NCBI GenBank assembly: GCA_035544015.1
Contig: DATKIP010000093.1
Location: 65,156 to 129,155, forward strand
Length of the DNA: 64,000 nucleotides
Direction of reading: 5' to 3'
Source of the DNA: Candidatus Saccharimonadia bacterium
Lineage (GTDB): Bacteria > Patescibacteriota > Saccharimonadia > UBA4664
How positions within the stretch are numbered: position 1 is the stretch's first letter; the number at the start of each line of letters is the position of its first letter. The position numbers were made by a program, and so were the translations under genes. Shown here in pieces: positions 57,216 to 64,000 of this stretch. Under the pieces are notes generated by a model. It saw only the letters and a program-made list of their open reading frames with translations, did no database searches and was not told the DNA's origin.

Positions 57216-57755
57216 CTAGCAGCCCAGCTGGACCGCCGGTACCGGCTTACTCACTACGCTCAGAATCAAGCTCCCTGGGTACCCGGCAGATGTGTCGCCC
57301 CAGCGATTCGGGTACGAGTGCTTCTGCCACCAGTCCAGCGAGTGCGGTGACACCAGCTGTACCCGGCAGTCATGCGGCGTGCCGACGATCAGGGTCTGGC
57401 CTGCGGGGCATGGCCGGGTAGACAAGGTCACCAGGTCGCCGGATTCCACTACCAGCGGGGTGCGGGTGCTGTCGGTGGCCTGGACCTTCCGGTCCAAGAC
57501 GCACGCCCGGATCGGGCGACTCGAGTTGGCGACCAGCTGTTCGAAATTGATGCTGGCAATCTTTGTCCCCTCTGGTAGGCGCGGCGCACGAGATGCGGGG
57601 CCGGGAACGGGCCGCGCCGAGGTGGGCGCAGCTGCGCGCGTCGTTGCCGTCGCGGAGCCTCCCGGATCGCTGGTGCAGCCTGCGAGCAGGAGGCCTGCAG
57701 TGAGGCCCAGCCCTGCGAGCAAGGCAGTCGTTCGTGTGAAGTGCACAGAAATCAC
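57216..57755 (-). CDS. lipoprotein, hypothetical
   Basis: Signal peptide with lipobox (LLLAGCTSD). Pro/Ala/Ser-rich linker, then a Cys-containing globular domain. Confidence 0.55.
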   Translation of the reverse strand: MISVHFTRTTALLAGLGLTAGLLLAGCTSDPGGSATATTRAAAPTSARPVPGPASRAPRLPEGTKIASINFEQLVANSSRPIRACVLDRKVQATDSTRTPLVVESGDLVTLSTRPCPAGQTLIVGTPHDCRVQLVSPHSLDWWQKHSYPNRWGDTSAGYPGSLILSVVSKPVPAVQLGC

Positions 57756-57964
57756 CCTTCGGTATCGGTACTAACGACGCCTATATGTCTACACGCCGGC
57801 CACGTGCACGTCAACACCTTGACACCGCCACCAGATTGCGCCACACTAGATACCAAGAGGATGCTTAAATCGGACAACTAGGGCCTGTAGCCCCTAGTTT
57901 TATGTGTTTAGAAAAGCCTCAGAGCACATATTCACTCACATCACCCATAGTTAGGAGCAAAGTT

Positions 57965-61513
<3,549 letters not shown>

Positions 61514-61516
61514 TAT

Positions 61517-64000
<2,484 letters not shown>

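Noticed and set aside
56724-57350. 208-aa plus-strand ORF in the MFS-lipoprotein intergenic region
   Set aside because: Spans two terminator hairpins. Arg/Ser-rich low complexity, no RBS. It overlaps the minus-strand lipoprotein gene end.

Overview
This 64-kb window is a gene-dense chromosome segment from a high-GC bacterium (about 65-67% GC by eye). Most genes are housekeeping, with a few accessory or low-GC patches. I cannot place the lineage from sequence alone. Features suggest Terrabacteria: GTG/TTG starts, a LAGC lipobox, and a clpC-radA-PIN/TRAM neighbourhood as in Firmicutes. Classical operon synteny is broken: nusA lacks infB, rplS lacks trmD, rpoBC lacks rplJL, and clpP lacks clpX.

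Gene order, 5' to 3':
- partial processive GT2 synthase (minus strand, runs off the left edge)
- small membrane protein, MFS transporter, two secreted hypotheticals (minus), ogt (minus)
- a possibly disrupted SLT-like region
- small secreted and zinc-ribbon membrane proteins
- hxlR (minus) divergent from a DUF1761-like gene
- secreted Pro/Thr-rich protein, yjbQ
- gatC and gatA, then three tightly overlapping inserted ORFs (membrane protein, 37-aa remnant, low-GC HD phosphohydrolase), then gatB
- mscS, then a DUF948-like/YtxH-like/membrane-protein trio
- two convergent paralogous small secreted proteins (minus)
- dnaE, membrane protein, rplS (with acidic tail), rnhB-yraN, pepN (minus), nusA, LAS/M15-like peptidase
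- small wHTH regulator then clpC
- an opposite-strand pair, a four-repeat wHTH protein and an ABC exporter, with atypical codons
- radA and a PIN/TRAM (yacL-like) gene, small secreted protein, PBP1A (minus), tyrS
- recG, a Zn-PLC-like gene, rsmD, tRNA-Leu(UAG)
- CheY-like receiver plus PAS histidine kinase, membrane protein (minus)
- a low-GC patch with a secreted protein carrying two DUF4082-like domains and an 11-residue-repeat protein
- PfkB kinase (minus), hypothetical, tig-clpP, MFS, lipoprotein (minus), rpoB, rpoC (partial, runs off the right edge)

Most notable non-genic signals:
1. A duplicated ~70-bp regulatory module: two 15-bp GTCTAAA-N-TTTAGAC palindromes with centres exactly 51 bp apart, flanking a conserved GTCCGAAC. 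It occurs upstream of dnaE and upstream of the wHTH regulator that precedes clpC.
2. A 17/18-match CIRCE element with an embedded promoter directly upstream of clpC.
3. A second paired palindrome family upstream of recG.
4. A 23-bp-arm inverted repeat between gatB and mscS.

The long reverse or alternative-frame ORFs in the track are GC-driven shadows of real genes and were not called.
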